Shown here: in pieces, positions 1 through 20,348 of the stretch | Layout of the letters: each line of letters begins with the position of its first letter | How positions within the stretch are numbered: position 1 is the first letter of the stretch | Translations under genes and position numbers: made by a program | The notes under the pieces: generated by a model | Databases searched by the model: none | Told to the model about the DNA's origin: nothing | Seen by the model: only the letters and a program-made list of their open reading frames with translations | Assembly: GCF_009914755.1 (NCBI RefSeq) | Contig: NC_060925.1 | DNA length: 64,000 nt | From: the human T2T-CHM13v2.0 reference genome, Homo sapiens | Direction: 5' to 3' (one strand)

Positions 1-304
1 ATGCACCATGACACCTGGCTAATTTTGTATTTTTAGTAGAGATAGGGTTTATCCATGTTGGTCAGGCTGGTCTCAAACTCCCGACATCAGGTGATCCACC
101 CACCTCGGGCCCCCAAAGTGCTGGGATTACAGGCGTGAGCCATTGAGGCCAGACTTCTTCTTCTTTTTTTTTTTTTTCCTATATTGTTCATCTCACATAT
201 CTTTTGGAATGTCTGTTTACTATTTTATTGCCTAACATTACTTTCTCTCTTGCATATTTTCTATCTTTTTTTCCTTTCCTTCTGCATGATACCTTGTTTC
301 TCTT

Positions 305-2924
305 ATTTTATTTCAATAGTTTTTGGAGAACAGGTGGTTTTTGGTTACACAGATAAGTTCTTGAGTGGTGATTTCTGAGATTTTTGGTGTACTCGTGGTA
401 TGGTTTGGCTGTGTCCCCATCCAAATCTCATCTTGAATTGTTGTTGCCATAATCCCCACATGTTGTGGAAGGGACCAGGTAGAGATGGTTGAGTCATGAG
501 GGCCGTTTCCCTCATTCTGTTCTTGTGATAGTGAATTAGTTCTCATGAGATCTGATGATTTTATTTATTTATTTATTTATTTATTTATTTTTGAGATGGA
601 GTCTCACTCTGTTGCCCAGGCTGTAGTGCAGTGGCGCAATCTCAGCTCACTGCCACCTCCAGCTCCTGGGTTCAGGTGATTCTCCTGCCTCAGCCTCCCA
701 AGTAGCTAGGATTACAAGTATGCATTACCATGCCCAGCTAATTTTTTGTATTTTTAGTAGAGAGAGGGTTTCACTGTGTTGGCCAGGCTAGTCTCAAGCT
801 CCTGACCTCAGGTGATTCACCTGTCTCAGCCTCCCAAAGTGCTGGGATTACAGGCATGAGTCACTGTGCCTGGCCAGAGATCTGATAGTTTTATAAAGGG
901 CTTCTTCCTTTTCTGGGCTTTCATTCTTCTCCTTCCTGCTGCCATGTGAAGAGGGACATGTTTGCTTTCCCTTCTGCCATGATTGTAAGTTTCCTGAGGC
1001 CTCCCCAGCTCTGTGGAACTGAGAGTCAATTAAATCTCTTTCCTTTATAAATTACCCTGTCTTGGGTATATCCTTATAGCACTGTGAGAATGGACTAATA
1101 TAACCCATCACCCGCTGAGCAGTGTACACTGTACCAAATATGTAGTCTTTATTCCTCACCCCCATCCTAATCTTCCTCCTCAGACCCCACAGTCCATTAT
1201 AGCATTCTTATGCCTTCGCATCCTCATAGCTTAGCTCCTATTTATAAGTGAGAACATACAATATTTGGTTTTCCATTCCTGAGTTACTTCATTTAGAATA
1301 ATGGTCTCAAACTCCAACCAAGTTGCTGCAAATGCCATTATTTCATTTCATCTTATAGCTAAGTAGTATTCCATAGTGTGTATATACCACATTTTCTTTA
1401 TCCACTCATTGCTTGATGGACATTTAGGTTCGTTCCATATTTTTGCAGTTGCAAATTGTGCTACTGTAAACATGCATGTGCATGTGTCTTTTTCATATAA
1501 TGACTTATTTTCCTGTGGGTAGATACCCAGTAGTGGGATTGTTAGATTGAATGGTAGTTCTACTTTTAGTTCTTTGAAGAATCTCCATACTGTTTTCCAT
1601 AGTGGTTGTACTAGTTTACATTCCCACCAGCAGTGTAAAAGTGTTCTCTTTTCACCACATCCAAGCTGACATTTATTTTTGATTTTTTAAATTATGGCCA
1701 TTCTTGCAGTAGTAGGGTGATATTTCATTGTAGTTTTAAATTGCATTTTCTTGATAATTAGTGATGTTGAGTATTTTTTCATGTTTGTTGCCTGTTTGTA
1801 TATCTTCTTTTGAGGATTGTCTATTCATGTCCTTTGCCCACTTTTTGGTGAAATTATCTGTTTTTTTCTTGCTGATTTGTTGGAGTTCATCGTAGATTTT
1901 GGGTACTAGTCCTTTGCCAGGTGCATAGTTTATGAATATTTTCTCCCTCTCTGTGGGTTGTCTGTTTAACCTGCTGATTATTTCTTTTGTTGTGCAGAAG
2001 TTCTTTAGTTTAATTAGGTCCCATCTATTTATTTTTGTTTTTGTTGCATTTGCTTTTGGGTTCTTGGTCATGAATTCTTTGCCTAAGCCAATGTCTAGAA
2101 GAGTTTTTCTGATGTTATCTTCTAGAATTTTTATGGTTTCAGGTCTTTAAGTCTTTGATCCATCTTGAGTTGACTTTTGTATGAGGTGTGAGATGAGGAT
2201 CCAGTTTCATTCTTCTACATATGGCTTGCCAATTATCCCAGCACTATTTGTTGAAAAGGGTGTCCTTTCCCCACATTATGTTTTTGTATGCTTTGTTGCA
2301 GATCAGTTGGCTGTAAGTATCTGAGTTTATTTCTGGATTCTCTAGTCTGTTCCATTGGTCTATGTGCCTATTTTTATACCCGTACCATGCTGTTTTGGTA
2401 ACTATAGCCTTGTAGTATAGTTTGAAGTCAGGTAATGTGATGTTTCCAGATTTATTCTTTTTGTTTAGTATTTCTTTGGCTATGTGGGCTCTTTTTTGGT
2501 TCCATATGAATTTTAGGATTTTTTTTTTCCAGTTCTGTGAAGAATGATGATGGTATTTTTGGTGGGAATTGCATGGAATCTGTAGATTGAGTTTGGCAGC
2601 ATGGTCATTTTCACAATATTGATTCTACCCATCCATGAACATGGGATGTGTTTCCATTTGTTTGTGTCATATGCAATGTTTTTTCAATAGTGTTTTGTAG
2701 TTTTTCTTGTAGAGATCTTTCGTCTCCTTGGTTAAGTATATTCCTAAGTATTTTCTTTTCTTTTTCTTTTTCTTTTTTTTTGCAGCTGTTGTAAAAGGGA
2801 TTGATTTCTTGATTTGATTCTCAGCTTGGTTTTCTTGGTGTATAGCAGTGCTACTGATTTGTGTACATTGATTTTGTAACCTGAGAATTTACTAAATTCA
2901 TTTATCAGATCTAGGAGCTTTTTG
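305..2924 (-). mobile_element. L1PB-type LINE-1 3' portion, interrupted by a THE1 LTR
   Basis: L1PB 3'UTR tttcaatagtttttggagaacaggtgg; ORF2 C-terminal peptide in ORF 1736..2071. Confidence 0.88.
396..1102 (+). mobile_element. THE1D/MST-like solo LTR containing an antisense Alu (about 560-876)
   Basis: tggtatggtttggctgtgtcccc...ggactaatata; Alu flanked by gagatctgat duplication. Confidence 0.88.
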
Positions 2925-2940
2925 GTTGTTTGTCATGCAG

Positions 2941-3081
2941 AGAGAGGTATGTGCAAATGCTTGACCAGATTGCTCGGCAGATGATTGATTTCTACAAAGA
3001 CTTGGTAACTCAGCGAGTGATGGACCAGCGCATTTTAGAAGAATTGTATAATTTCAAGCATGTTATTGAAGAACTGACCAG
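2941..3081 (+). CDS. AXDND1: AXDND1 internal coding exon A (141 nt, phase 2-2): (R)[46 protein letters not shown](R)
   Basis: Acceptor tgtcatgcAG ends at 2940; donor GTaaaa at 3082; open frame joins the next exon; peptide matches recalled human AXDND1. Confidence 0.93.
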
Positions 3082-3265
3082 GTAAAAACTGTGATTATCT
3101 TAAACACAAAACAAAAGTCAATGTCATGTCTCTAAAGGGAGTAAAAAATATTTAGGGAAAGTGGAATGGTTAAAGGCCAAGGTTCTTCTGTTTCCTTTTC
3201 ATGTTTAGCAAGAGAACAAAAAGAACTAGATGTCATTGTAGATATAGATATAGATAAATGGGTTA

Positions 3266-3737
<472 letters not shown>

Positions 3738-4180
3738 TTATGGATGTTAACATTATGGATGTTAACATCTCAAAGAGAATAAGTATCATATAGCCATCAA
3801 AGTTAGTGATCATCTAACTTTTAACCTTGAAGCAAGATGGTTAGTGGTGAGAATAAAGAAGATAGGATAGTCATATCAGAAAGCAGGGTAGACCAGCATG
3901 GAGGCCTTGCATGTCAGCATCTGCCTCCCTCCATTCTAAAGGATCTCCCCTACATCTTATTTCTGTCTGATTCCTGCCAGCCTGATTTCATTTCCAAACC
4001 TGGCAATATTCCATCTAGAATGTACACTCAATTTCTTGATTTGGTTTATAAGGTGGAAAAACTGGGAAGGGAGGTACACATGATAACTGAGAAGATTCCT
4101 GAATATAAATCTGATTTTCTTGGTAGAAACTTTTTGGAAATCTCCAAATATGAATTAAAAATTTCTTTGCTTTATTTCAG

Positions 4181-4285
4181 GGAACTGTGTCTAGTTCGGG
4201 CACATGATGTGAAATTAACAAAGGAAACAGAAAAAGCCCACAAGGATTTGGCACAAGCTCTTTTAAATGCGGAAAAGAATGCCAA
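4181..4285 (+). CDS. AXDND1: AXDND1 coding exon B (105 nt, phase 2-2): ELCLVRAHDVKLTKETEKAHKDLAQALLNAEKNA(K)
   Basis: tttatttcAG acceptor, GTgagt donor at 4286; equals the C-terminal part of ORF 3837..4289. Confidence 0.95.
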
Positions 4286-4594
4286 GTGAGTTGCTTAAAG
4301 TTTGTTTAGCTTACATAGGGGAAAAGGAAGAAGCTTATATAGCTTCTGAAATAATATATATGATACTATAACTTCTTGAATTCTAAAATCACATATAGAT
4401 AGCTTACTTTATCTGAATTTAGTTGATTTCTCATTCTGGGTGCAAAGAAGGTAAAACATGATTTTTTCTCTTGGAGATAGACCGTTGCTTTCTGCATTAA
4501 TCATTTTCATTGAGTGAGGATTGCAGGCTATTACTTTCTGGTTTTCTAAAAGAAAGGGTAAAGAAACAGTGAGCATAGATAACATAGATTCTGG

Positions 4595-4770
4595 AACCAT
4601 ACTGTTTGCTGTGTGACCTTTGGGAAGTCACTTAACTTTTCTGGGCCTAAGTTTGCCCATATGTAAAATTGGGATAATAATATTACCTACCTCATAGGTT
4701 ATTACGAGTATTAAAGGAAGTAATATAAGTAAAGCACTTAGAATGGTGCTTGGCATATAGTCAGTGCTAT
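4595..4770 (+). repeat. MIR SINE
   Basis: MIR core gctgtgtgacctttgggaagtcacttaac...tgtaaaattgggataataat. Confidence 0.8.
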
Positions 4771-5137
4771 GACAATATGAAATATTCTTATAATGGTTGC
4801 TTTTAATGAAATTTTATGTCATGAAATATTTCAGACATTCAGAAAAAGAAAGCATTATAGTGAGTACTCATTTACCTTTCATGAATTACCAAATGTCAGC
4901 CATTATGTCATACTTGTTTCACACCCCATTTTTAGGAAACAAAATTTTATAGAAATATTTGGAGATTTAGGCCAGGCATGGTGGTTCACGCCTGTAATCC
5001 CAGCACTTTGGGAGGCTGAGGCAGGTGGATCACCTGAGGTTGAGAGTTTGAGACTAGCCTGGCCAACATGGCAAAACCCCATCTCTACTAAAAATACAAA
5101 AATTAGCTGGAGGTGGAGGTGCTTGCCTGTAATCCTA

Positions 5138-5323
<186 letters not shown>

Positions 5324-5467
5324 CTATATATCTCCATTCTGCTTCTTCCCTCCCCAGAGTTAATCACTAATCAATAGTTGGTATGTAACTTTCCTATCCA
5401 TGTTTTTATATTTTACTATAATACATAGTTACATATAAAAAAATTTGCGGCTGGGCACAGTGGCTCA

Positions 5468-5763
<296 letters not shown>

Positions 5764-5898
5764 CTAAATACTATTCTTTTGAGATCTTCTCATTATGATG
5801 CATATAGAACAAATATTTCTGCACTATAATATTAACCATATGACTAAATTATAATTTATGTATTAATGTATAATTTATGTATCAATCACTCAGAATGG

Positions 5899-8150
5899 AT
5901 TTTTCCATTTGCTTGGTAGATTTTTCTCCATCCCTTTATTTTGAGCATATGGGTGTCATTGCATGTGAGATGAGTCTCTTGAAGATAGCATACCAATGGG
6001 TCTTGTTTCTTTATCCAGCCTGCAACTCTGTGCCTTTTAATCAGGACATTTAGCCCATTTACATTTAAGGTAAACCAGTAAAGATATATATAGATTTGAT
6101 CCTGTCATCATGTTAGCTGGTTATAATGCAGACTTGTTTGTGTGGTTGCTTCATAGTGTCACTGGTCTGTGTACTTATGTGTTTTTTAATAGCAGCTGGT
6201 AATGGTCTTTCCTTTCCATATTTAGTGCTTCCTTCAGGAGCTCTTTTAAGGCAGATCTGGTGGTAATGAATTTTCTCAGCACTTGCTTGTCTATAAAGGA
6301 TCTTATTTCTCCTTCACTTATGAAGCTTAGTTTGGACATATATAAAATTCTGGGTTGGAATTTCTTTTTTTAAAGAATGTTGAATATTGGCTTCCAATCT
6401 CTTACGGCTTGTAGGGTTTCTGCTGAGAGGTCCACTGTTAGTCTGATGGGCTTCCTTTTGTAGGTGACCTGACTTTTCTTTCTAGATGCCTTTAACCTTT
6501 TTTCTTTTATTTTGACTTTTGAGAATCTGATGATTATGTGCCTTGAGGATGATCTTCTTGTGAAGTATTGTACTAGGGTTGTCTGCATTTTCTGAATTTG
6601 AATGTTGGTCTCTCTACCTACGTTGGGGAAATCCTCATGGATGATACCCTAAAATATGTTTTCCAAGTTGCTTACACTCACCCTATCTCTTTCAGGGACA
6701 TCAATGAGTCATAGATTTGGTATCTTTACATAATCCCACATTTCTCCAAGGTTTTGTTCATTCCTTTTTATTCTTTTTTCTCTATTCTTGTCTGACTCTC
6801 TTATTTCAGAAAACCAGTCTTCAAGTTCTGAGATTCTTTCTTCAACTTGGTTTATTCTGCTATTAATACTTGTAATTGCATTATGAAGTTATTGTGGAAC
6901 ATTTTTTCAGCTCTATCAGGCCAGTTACAGTCTTTTTTATACTGGCTATTTTGTCTGTCAGCTCCTTTATCATTTTATTGTGATTCATAGCATCCTTGAA
7001 TTGGGTTTCAGCATACTCCTGCATCTTAATGATCTTCATTCCTATCCATAGCATGAATTCTGTTTGTGTCATTTCTGCCATCTCAGCCCAGTTCAGAACC
7101 CTTGCTGGAGAGGTGGTGCGATCATTTGGAGGAAAGAAGGCACTCTGGCTTTTTGAGTTGTCAGAGTCCTTGTGTTGTTTTTTTCTCATATTTGTGGGCT
7201 GATGTTTGTTTCATCTTTGAAGTTGCTGATGTTTGGGTGTTTTTTTTCCCTTTTATCCTATATGATGACATCGAGAGTTTGATTGTGGTATAAAATGGAT
7301 TCAACCAACTGGCTTTATTTCTGGAAGATTCTAGGGGGCCAACGCTCAGCTTCCAACTCCTGGACCGTGTACTCCAACTCTGGGGGACTTGTATTGGGAC
7401 CAGCTTTGTTCTCTGCTCCTTGAGGTTAGGAATCCACTGCACTGGGGGGAGCTGAGGTGCTCCTGGACCACTGGTCACTACACTCTGTTGGGTGGTGTCA
7501 GCCAAAGCCTTTCATAGTGCTGTGGCAGTGGGATCTGCCCTTGTTTTCATGTGTCAGCAGCAGCAGTAGTGGCAATGTTGTAGGGGTGCATTCTCGTTGG
7601 CTGCAACAGGTGCTGGGGTGCCTGCTTCCATGTGGGTGTCACCACAGAGTGGAGGCAGCACAGCTGGAAGAGGGTTGGGGGGCCCCTGCTGGCAACTGTG
7701 TGCACAGTTGTGCTGGTGGTGGTCTTAGCATGGGGGCAAGGCTCTGGCAGGTGCAGGTCTATGTGCATTCTCTGTGAGCTGCAGGCAGGGGTGGTCACTC
7801 AGGGCAGGGGAGAGTCCACTGTTCTCTGAGCTTAGTTTTACTCTTGGAGGAGTGTTGCCACTAAGGGCAGGGTGCTTGTGGGGGTGGGACTGGCTGGGTG
7901 TCTGCCCACCAAGGCTGTCACTGTAATGGATCAAAGCCTTGTGGCAGGGGTTGGGGGGAGGGTGTGGAAGGGCAGAATGTACTACTGCCATATCAGTGGC
8001 AGGGCAGGGTGTATGCACACATGCATGCTGGTGAGGCAAGGAAAGCAAAACATGCCTGCACACACATGGGCCAGCAAAGTGATGTGGGGCATTGCCGTGG
8101 GCCTGGGGGAAGCTGCAGTATTGGGAGGAAGCAGGCAGGCTGGTGCTATG
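5899..8150 (-). mobile_element. LINE-1 5' fragment (5'UTR, ORF1, start of ORF2) with no 3' end
   Basis: ORF1 peptides in ORFs 6370..6588 (RHIIIRFSK...PIRLTVDLSAETLQA) and 6881..7189; GC-rich 5'UTR at 7300-8150. Confidence 0.85.
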
Positions 8151-8265
8151 GGTCTTGTTTCTGTGTACATGTACTCACATGTATATGTATAGTTAAAACC
8201 AAAATTGTATTGTATGCACTATTCTACAATCAACATTTTTTCAGTTAAGAATGTCTACCTATTTC

Positions 8266-9698
8266 AGGCTATAGTCACCAAAACAGTGTGGTACTGGTAT
8301 AAAAATAGGCACGTAGACTAATGGAACAGAATAGAGAATCCCGAAATAAACCCAAATACTTACAGCCAATTGATCTTCAACAAAGCAAACAAAAACATAA
8401 AGTGGGGAAAGGACACCCTTTTCAATAAATGGTGCTGGGATAATTGGCTAACCGCATGTAGGAGAATGATACCAGATCCTCATCTCTCACCTTATACAAA
8501 AATCAACTCAAGATGAACTAAGGACTTAAATCTAAGACCTGAAACTATAAAAATTCTAGACATAACACTGGAAAACCCTTCTAGACATTGGCTTAGGCAA
8601 GGATTTCATGACCAAGAACCCAAAAGCAAAAGCAATAAAAACAAAGATATATATCTGGGACCTAATTAAACTAAAGAGTGTTTGCACAGCAAAAGGAACA
8701 GTCAGCAGAGTAAACAGACAGCCCACAGAGTGGGAGAAAATCTTCACAATCTATACATTTGACAAAGGACTAATATCCAGAATCTACAATGAACTCAAAC
8801 AAATCGGTAAGAAAAAACAAACAATCACGTCAAAAAGTGGGCAAAGGACATGAATAGACAATTCTCAAAAGAAGATATACAAATGGGCAACAAACATATG
8901 AAAAAATGCTCAACATCACTAATGATAAGGGAAATGCAAATCAAAACCACAATGCAGTACCACCTTACTCCTGCAAGGATGGCTATAATCAAAAAATCAA
9001 AATCAGATGTTGCCATGGATGCGGTGATTAGGGAACACTTCTACACTGCTGGTGGGAATGTAAACTAATACACCCACTGTGGAAAACAGTGTGGAGATTC
9101 CTTAAAGAACTAAAAGTAGAACTACCATTTGATCCAGCAATCTCACTACTGGGTATCTACCCAGAGGAAAAGAAGTCATTATATGAAAAAGATACTTGCA
9201 TGGGCATGTTCATAGTGGCACAATTCACAATTGCAAAATCGTAGAACCAACCCAAATGCCCATCAATCAACGAGTGGATAAAAAAACTGTGGTGTATATA
9301 TATATATGATGGAATACCACTCAGCCATAAAAAGGAATGAATTAATGGCATTTGCAGTGACCTGGATGAGATTGGAGACCATTATTCTAAGTGAAGTAAC
9401 TCAGGAGTGGAAAACCAAGCATTGTATGTTCTCACTGATACGTGGGAGTTAAGCTAGGAGGATGCAAAGGCATAAGAATAATACACTTTGGGGACTTGGG
9501 GGAAAGAGTGGGAGGGGGATGAGGGATAAAATACCACAAATATGGTGCAGTGTATACTGCTCGAGTGATGGGTGCTCCAAAATCTCACAAATCACCACTA
9601 AAGAACTTACTCATGTAATCAGATACCACCTGTACCCCAATAACTTATGGAAAAATAAAATTTAAAAATTAGGGAAGAAATAAAAAAAAAAAAAAAAA
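8266..9698 (+). mobile_element. L1PB1-like LINE-1 3' end with poly(A)
   Basis: ORF2 C-terminus (ORFs 8608.., 8850..); L1PB 3'UTR caaatcaccactaaagaacttactcatgtaa; A-tail. Confidence 0.9.
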
Positions 9699-9706
9699 GA
9701 GAAGAT

Positions 9707-10362
<656 letters not shown>

Positions 10363-10655
10363 GAACGTCTGCCTATTTCAGTAAATTTTTACTTCATAGA
10401 TTAGCTAGATATTAAAATTTTCCCAAGTTTTTCCAAAATACATTTCACAGTTGGGTTAGCCAAACCAGTATCCAATCTAAGAACACACATTACATCTTGT
10501 TTTATATCTCTTTTAATACAGCCTATTCCTGTGCTTTCTAAAAAATTGATTGAAGAGTGATTGAATTTTTTAAATGTCAAGAAAAACCAAATGTACCTAA
10601 AATCTAAATTCAGAAATGTATTTTTACTTTTATTCTATTTTATTCTTTACTAGCA

Positions 10656-11317
10656 TAATATGGTTTGGCTGTGTCCCCACCCAAATATTGTCTTAAATTT
10701 TAGCTACCATAATTCCCACGTGTTGTGGGAGGGACTTGGGGGGAAATAATTGAATCGTGGGGGTGGTTTCCCTGTACTGTTCTCGTGGTAGTAAGTCTCA
10801 CGAGACCTGATTGTTTTATAAGGGGAAACCCCTTTTGCTTGGCTTTCATTCTCTCTTTGCCTGCCGCTATATAAGAGGGGCCTTTCACCTTCCACCATGA
10901 TTGTGAGGCCTCCCCAGCCACATGGAACTGTGAGTACATTAAACCTCTTTTCCTTTATAAATTATTCAGTCTCGGGGCCGGGCAAGGTGGCTCAAGCCTG
11001 TAATCCCAGCACTTTGGGAGGCTGAAGCAGGCGGATCACGAGGTTAAGAGATAGAGACCATCCTGGCCAACGTGGTGAAACCCCATCTCTACTAAAAATA
11101 CAAAAATTAACTGTGCGTGGTGGCATGCGCCTGCAGTCCCAGCTATTCAAGAGGCTGAGGCAGGAGAATTGCTTGAACCTGGGAGGCGGAGGTTGCAGTG
11201 AGCCGACATCATGCACTCCAGCCTGGCAACAGAGTGAGACTCCGTCTCAACAAAAAAAAAAAAAAAATCACCCTGTCTTGGGTATGTCTATCAGCAGCAT
11301 GAAAATGGACTAATATG
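10656..11317 (+). mobile_element. THE1C-like solo LTR containing a sense Alu (10975-11267)
   Basis: taatatggtttggctgtgtcccc...ggactaatatg; TSD-like tagca/taaca. Confidence 0.87.
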
Positions 11318-11399
11318 TAACATGAGATACTTTATTCAATTTTTACCTACTCTATATACTACTTTTTTCTGTAGTATAACTTTCTTGTTTTTCGAGGTG

Positions 11400-12060
11400 A
11401 CTTCTATACTTAGTCTTCTATCCTTATACCTTCAATCCTACCTTTCCACCCTCTTTATAAGCTGATGATCTTGCTTTCTAAGAAGTAGAAGCAAACAGAA
11501 GAGAACTTAAGCTGTCACCCCCACATCTATCCACCCACCTGCATCTGTGCTTATATATTCCGTTTTCCCTTTTGTTAACTATAGTCTGCTCCTTTCTAAG
11601 GCCAATCTCTTGTTTGTATACTTTCATATCCCCTGTTACTTACTTGAGAAACTTGCAGCAAACGTTCCTTCTCTTTTTTGCATCATTAATTTTTCCCTCT
11701 CTAGCTGATCAATCCCATCAGTATGCAAATGTGCTATAATTACTCCCATCTTAAAAACAAAAAACACAAACAAAAATGTCCCAGGTCTCTTAGAACTACA
11801 CCTTCCCTTCCTGCTATGGTCCCTTTTCTCTGCTCTCCTTACAGGAAATCTCTACAGAAAGTTGTCATACTCATTGTCTTTATTGTTTCTTCTCTTGCCA
11901 TTATCACTTGTGTCTCATCCTTGCCATGCCACTAAATGGCACTTGACAAAGTCACCTATGATCTTCATATTGCTAAATCCAATGATCAATTCTCATTTCA
12001 CTTGCCTTACTAGCAGCATTTGTCACAATGGATCAGTTAATCTTACTTGAAACAGTGTCT
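11400..12060 (-). repeat. L2 LINE fragment
   Basis: L2-like motifs (tcagctgatga, aagtcacc..tgatcttcatattgctaaatccaatg); highly diverged. Confidence 0.6.
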
Positions 12061-12069
12061 TTCAGTATA

Positions 12070-13660
<1,591 letters not shown>

Positions 13661-13662
13661 CA

Positions 13663-17440
<3,778 letters not shown>

Positions 17441-17479
17441 TTTTTTCCAATTTTATGAAAAATTCTTTTTTTTTTTTGA

Positions 17480-17641
<162 letters not shown>

Positions 17642-19168
17642 TAGTAGGATGGGTTTTCGCCATGTTGGCCAGACTGGTCTTGAACTCCTGACCTTAAGTG
17701 ATCCCACCTCGGCCTCCCAAAGTGCTGAGGTTACAGGCATGAGCCACCAAACCTGGATAATTTTATGAAAAATTCTTTATAGAGATGGGGTTCACTGTAT
17801 CCTCCAGGCTGGAGTGCAGTTGCATGATCATGGCTCACTGCAGCCTTGACCTCAATGCTCAAGCAATCCTTACACATCAGCCAACTGAGTAGCTAGACTA
17901 CAGGTACACACTAGAGTGCCTGGTGCCTGGGTAAAATTTTTTTTTTCCCCTAAATGTGGTCTTACTATGTTGCCAAGGCTGGTCTCAAACTCCTAGGTTC
18001 AAGTAATCCTCCTGCCTTGACTCTTAAAGTGTGTTTTCTTTTTTTCTTTCTTTTTTTTTTTTTTTTTTTTTGCCAAAAATGACATTGGTATTTTGATAGG
18101 GGTTGCATTGAATTTATAGATTGCTTGGGCAATATATTCATTTTAATGATATGAATTCTTCGATTCACTAGTATGGTATGGCTTTCAGTTTATTTGTGTC
18201 ATCTTCAATTTCTTTCATCAGTGTTTTGTAGTTTTTCTTGTACATATTTTTCACTTCCTTGATTACATTTATTCCTAGATGTTCTTTTTTGGTATCTATT
18301 ATGAATGGGATGGCTTTCTTGATTTCTACTGGTTCATTGTTGGTGTATAGAAACACTACTGATTTTTGTATGTTGATTTTGTATCCTGCAACTTTACGGA
18401 ATTTGTATATCAATTCTAGGAGTTTTTTGGTGCCACTTTTAGGGGTTTTTTTAAAAAATATGTAAGATCTTGCTGTCTGCAAACAGGAACAATTTGACTT
18501 CTATCTTTCTAATTTGGATGCCCTTTATTTCTTTCACTTGCCAAATTAGCTAGAACTTTATGTATTTTTTTAATAGAAATGAGATCAAACATTTTATAAT
18601 TTTAGCATTTTGGTTTTTTCATTGTGTATTATAACATGAAGAAATTTCCCATGTACCAAAGTATTAAGAATATGATGTTTAGCCAGGTATGGTGGCTCAT
18701 GCCTGTAATCCCAGCACCCCTGGGAGGCTGAGGCGGGAGGATCACTTGAGGTCAGGAGTTTGAGACCATCCTGGCCAACATGGTGAAACCCTGTCTCTAC
18801 TAAAAATACAAAAATTAGCCAGGCGTGGAGGTTGCAGTGATCCGAGATTGTGCCATTGCACTCCAGCCTGGAGGACAAGAGCGAAACTCTGTTTCAAAAC
18901 AACAAAAAACAAAACAAAACAAAAATAATATGATGATGTTTAATTATCTCCAGTGTTTTTTTTTTAAATCATAGAACTACATTATATTTTTATCTGTCTA
19001 CTCTTTTGTTGTTGGACATTGAGATTGTTTCTGGATTTTTTGCTTTTACTGTTAAATTAGGGTCATTAATTCTCTTTTGATAATTGAGGTCTAATTTTTA
19101 GGCAATAAAGTGCACAAATCTTAAGAGTATAGCTCAGTGAATTTGTACATGTGTATTCACCTGTATAA

Positions 19169-19643
<475 letters not shown>

Positions 19644-20227
19644 TAAATTAGAAGGAAAAAGGTATGTTCTGGTAGACATAAAGAAACAATAGTTAAGAAA
19701 AAGCTGCTTTATTTAAGGTTTTAAAGGGTTAAGGGACAATTTTCTTTAATCTTGTACTAATTATGTATAATTAAAAATTTTAGTGGCTCACAATTATTGG
19801 ACTTTGTACCTTTCATAAAGAATCTTAGGTCTGTGAGCAAACTTTGACAATAAAACTGTTAGGTTATTGTTACTTGTATGCTGAATTTTTCATTAGATAT
19901 GGTGTTATTATACCATTGGAATATCATGTCAGAATTCTAGTGAAAAAATAAAGAATAAGATGAAAAATGTTTAGAGCAAGGAACAGTATATGAGATTTTT
20001 ACTTTCATTAAGACTTTTATAAGATTTATAAATTAAATGTGAGTATTTTTCTTCTATTTCACTGTATATGTGTTATCAATATATTCAGCAATTATACCAT
20101 AATTACCTTATGATGAGTTTTAAAGGAACACATTACCTATTTTAAAACAAATTTCTTTTTTAAAAAATATATGTGTCTATATTGTTAGTATAAATTAAAT
20201 GAAGCTGTTTCTTAATTGTTTTTATAG

Positions 20228-20348
20228 AATAGTAGAAGAATATCATGACTTATATACATTACAAAGAGAAAGGATGGAGAATGATATGAAAAAGTTAGTG
20301 GCAGAAAGAGATATCTGGAGCTCAGCCACATATGAATTGGCCCTGAAG
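20228..20348 (+). CDS. AXDND1: AXDND1 coding exon C (121 nt, phase 2-0): [40 protein letters not shown]
   Basis: tttatAG acceptor, GTtagt donor at 20349; frame continuous with exons B and D. Confidence 0.95.

Noticed and set aside
3837-4289. 150-aa ORF as a standalone gene
   Set aside because: Only 4181-4285 is a splice-bounded exon; the rest is intronic read-through
7457-8248. Many overlapping ORFs on both strands
   Set aside because: GC-rich L1 5'UTR sequence; no splice or codon evidence
5899-9698. Antisense L1 5' part plus sense L1PB 3' part as one inverted element
   Set aside because: About 115 bp of non-L1 sequence separates them, several kb of ORF2 are missing, and the sense L1PB has its own target duplication
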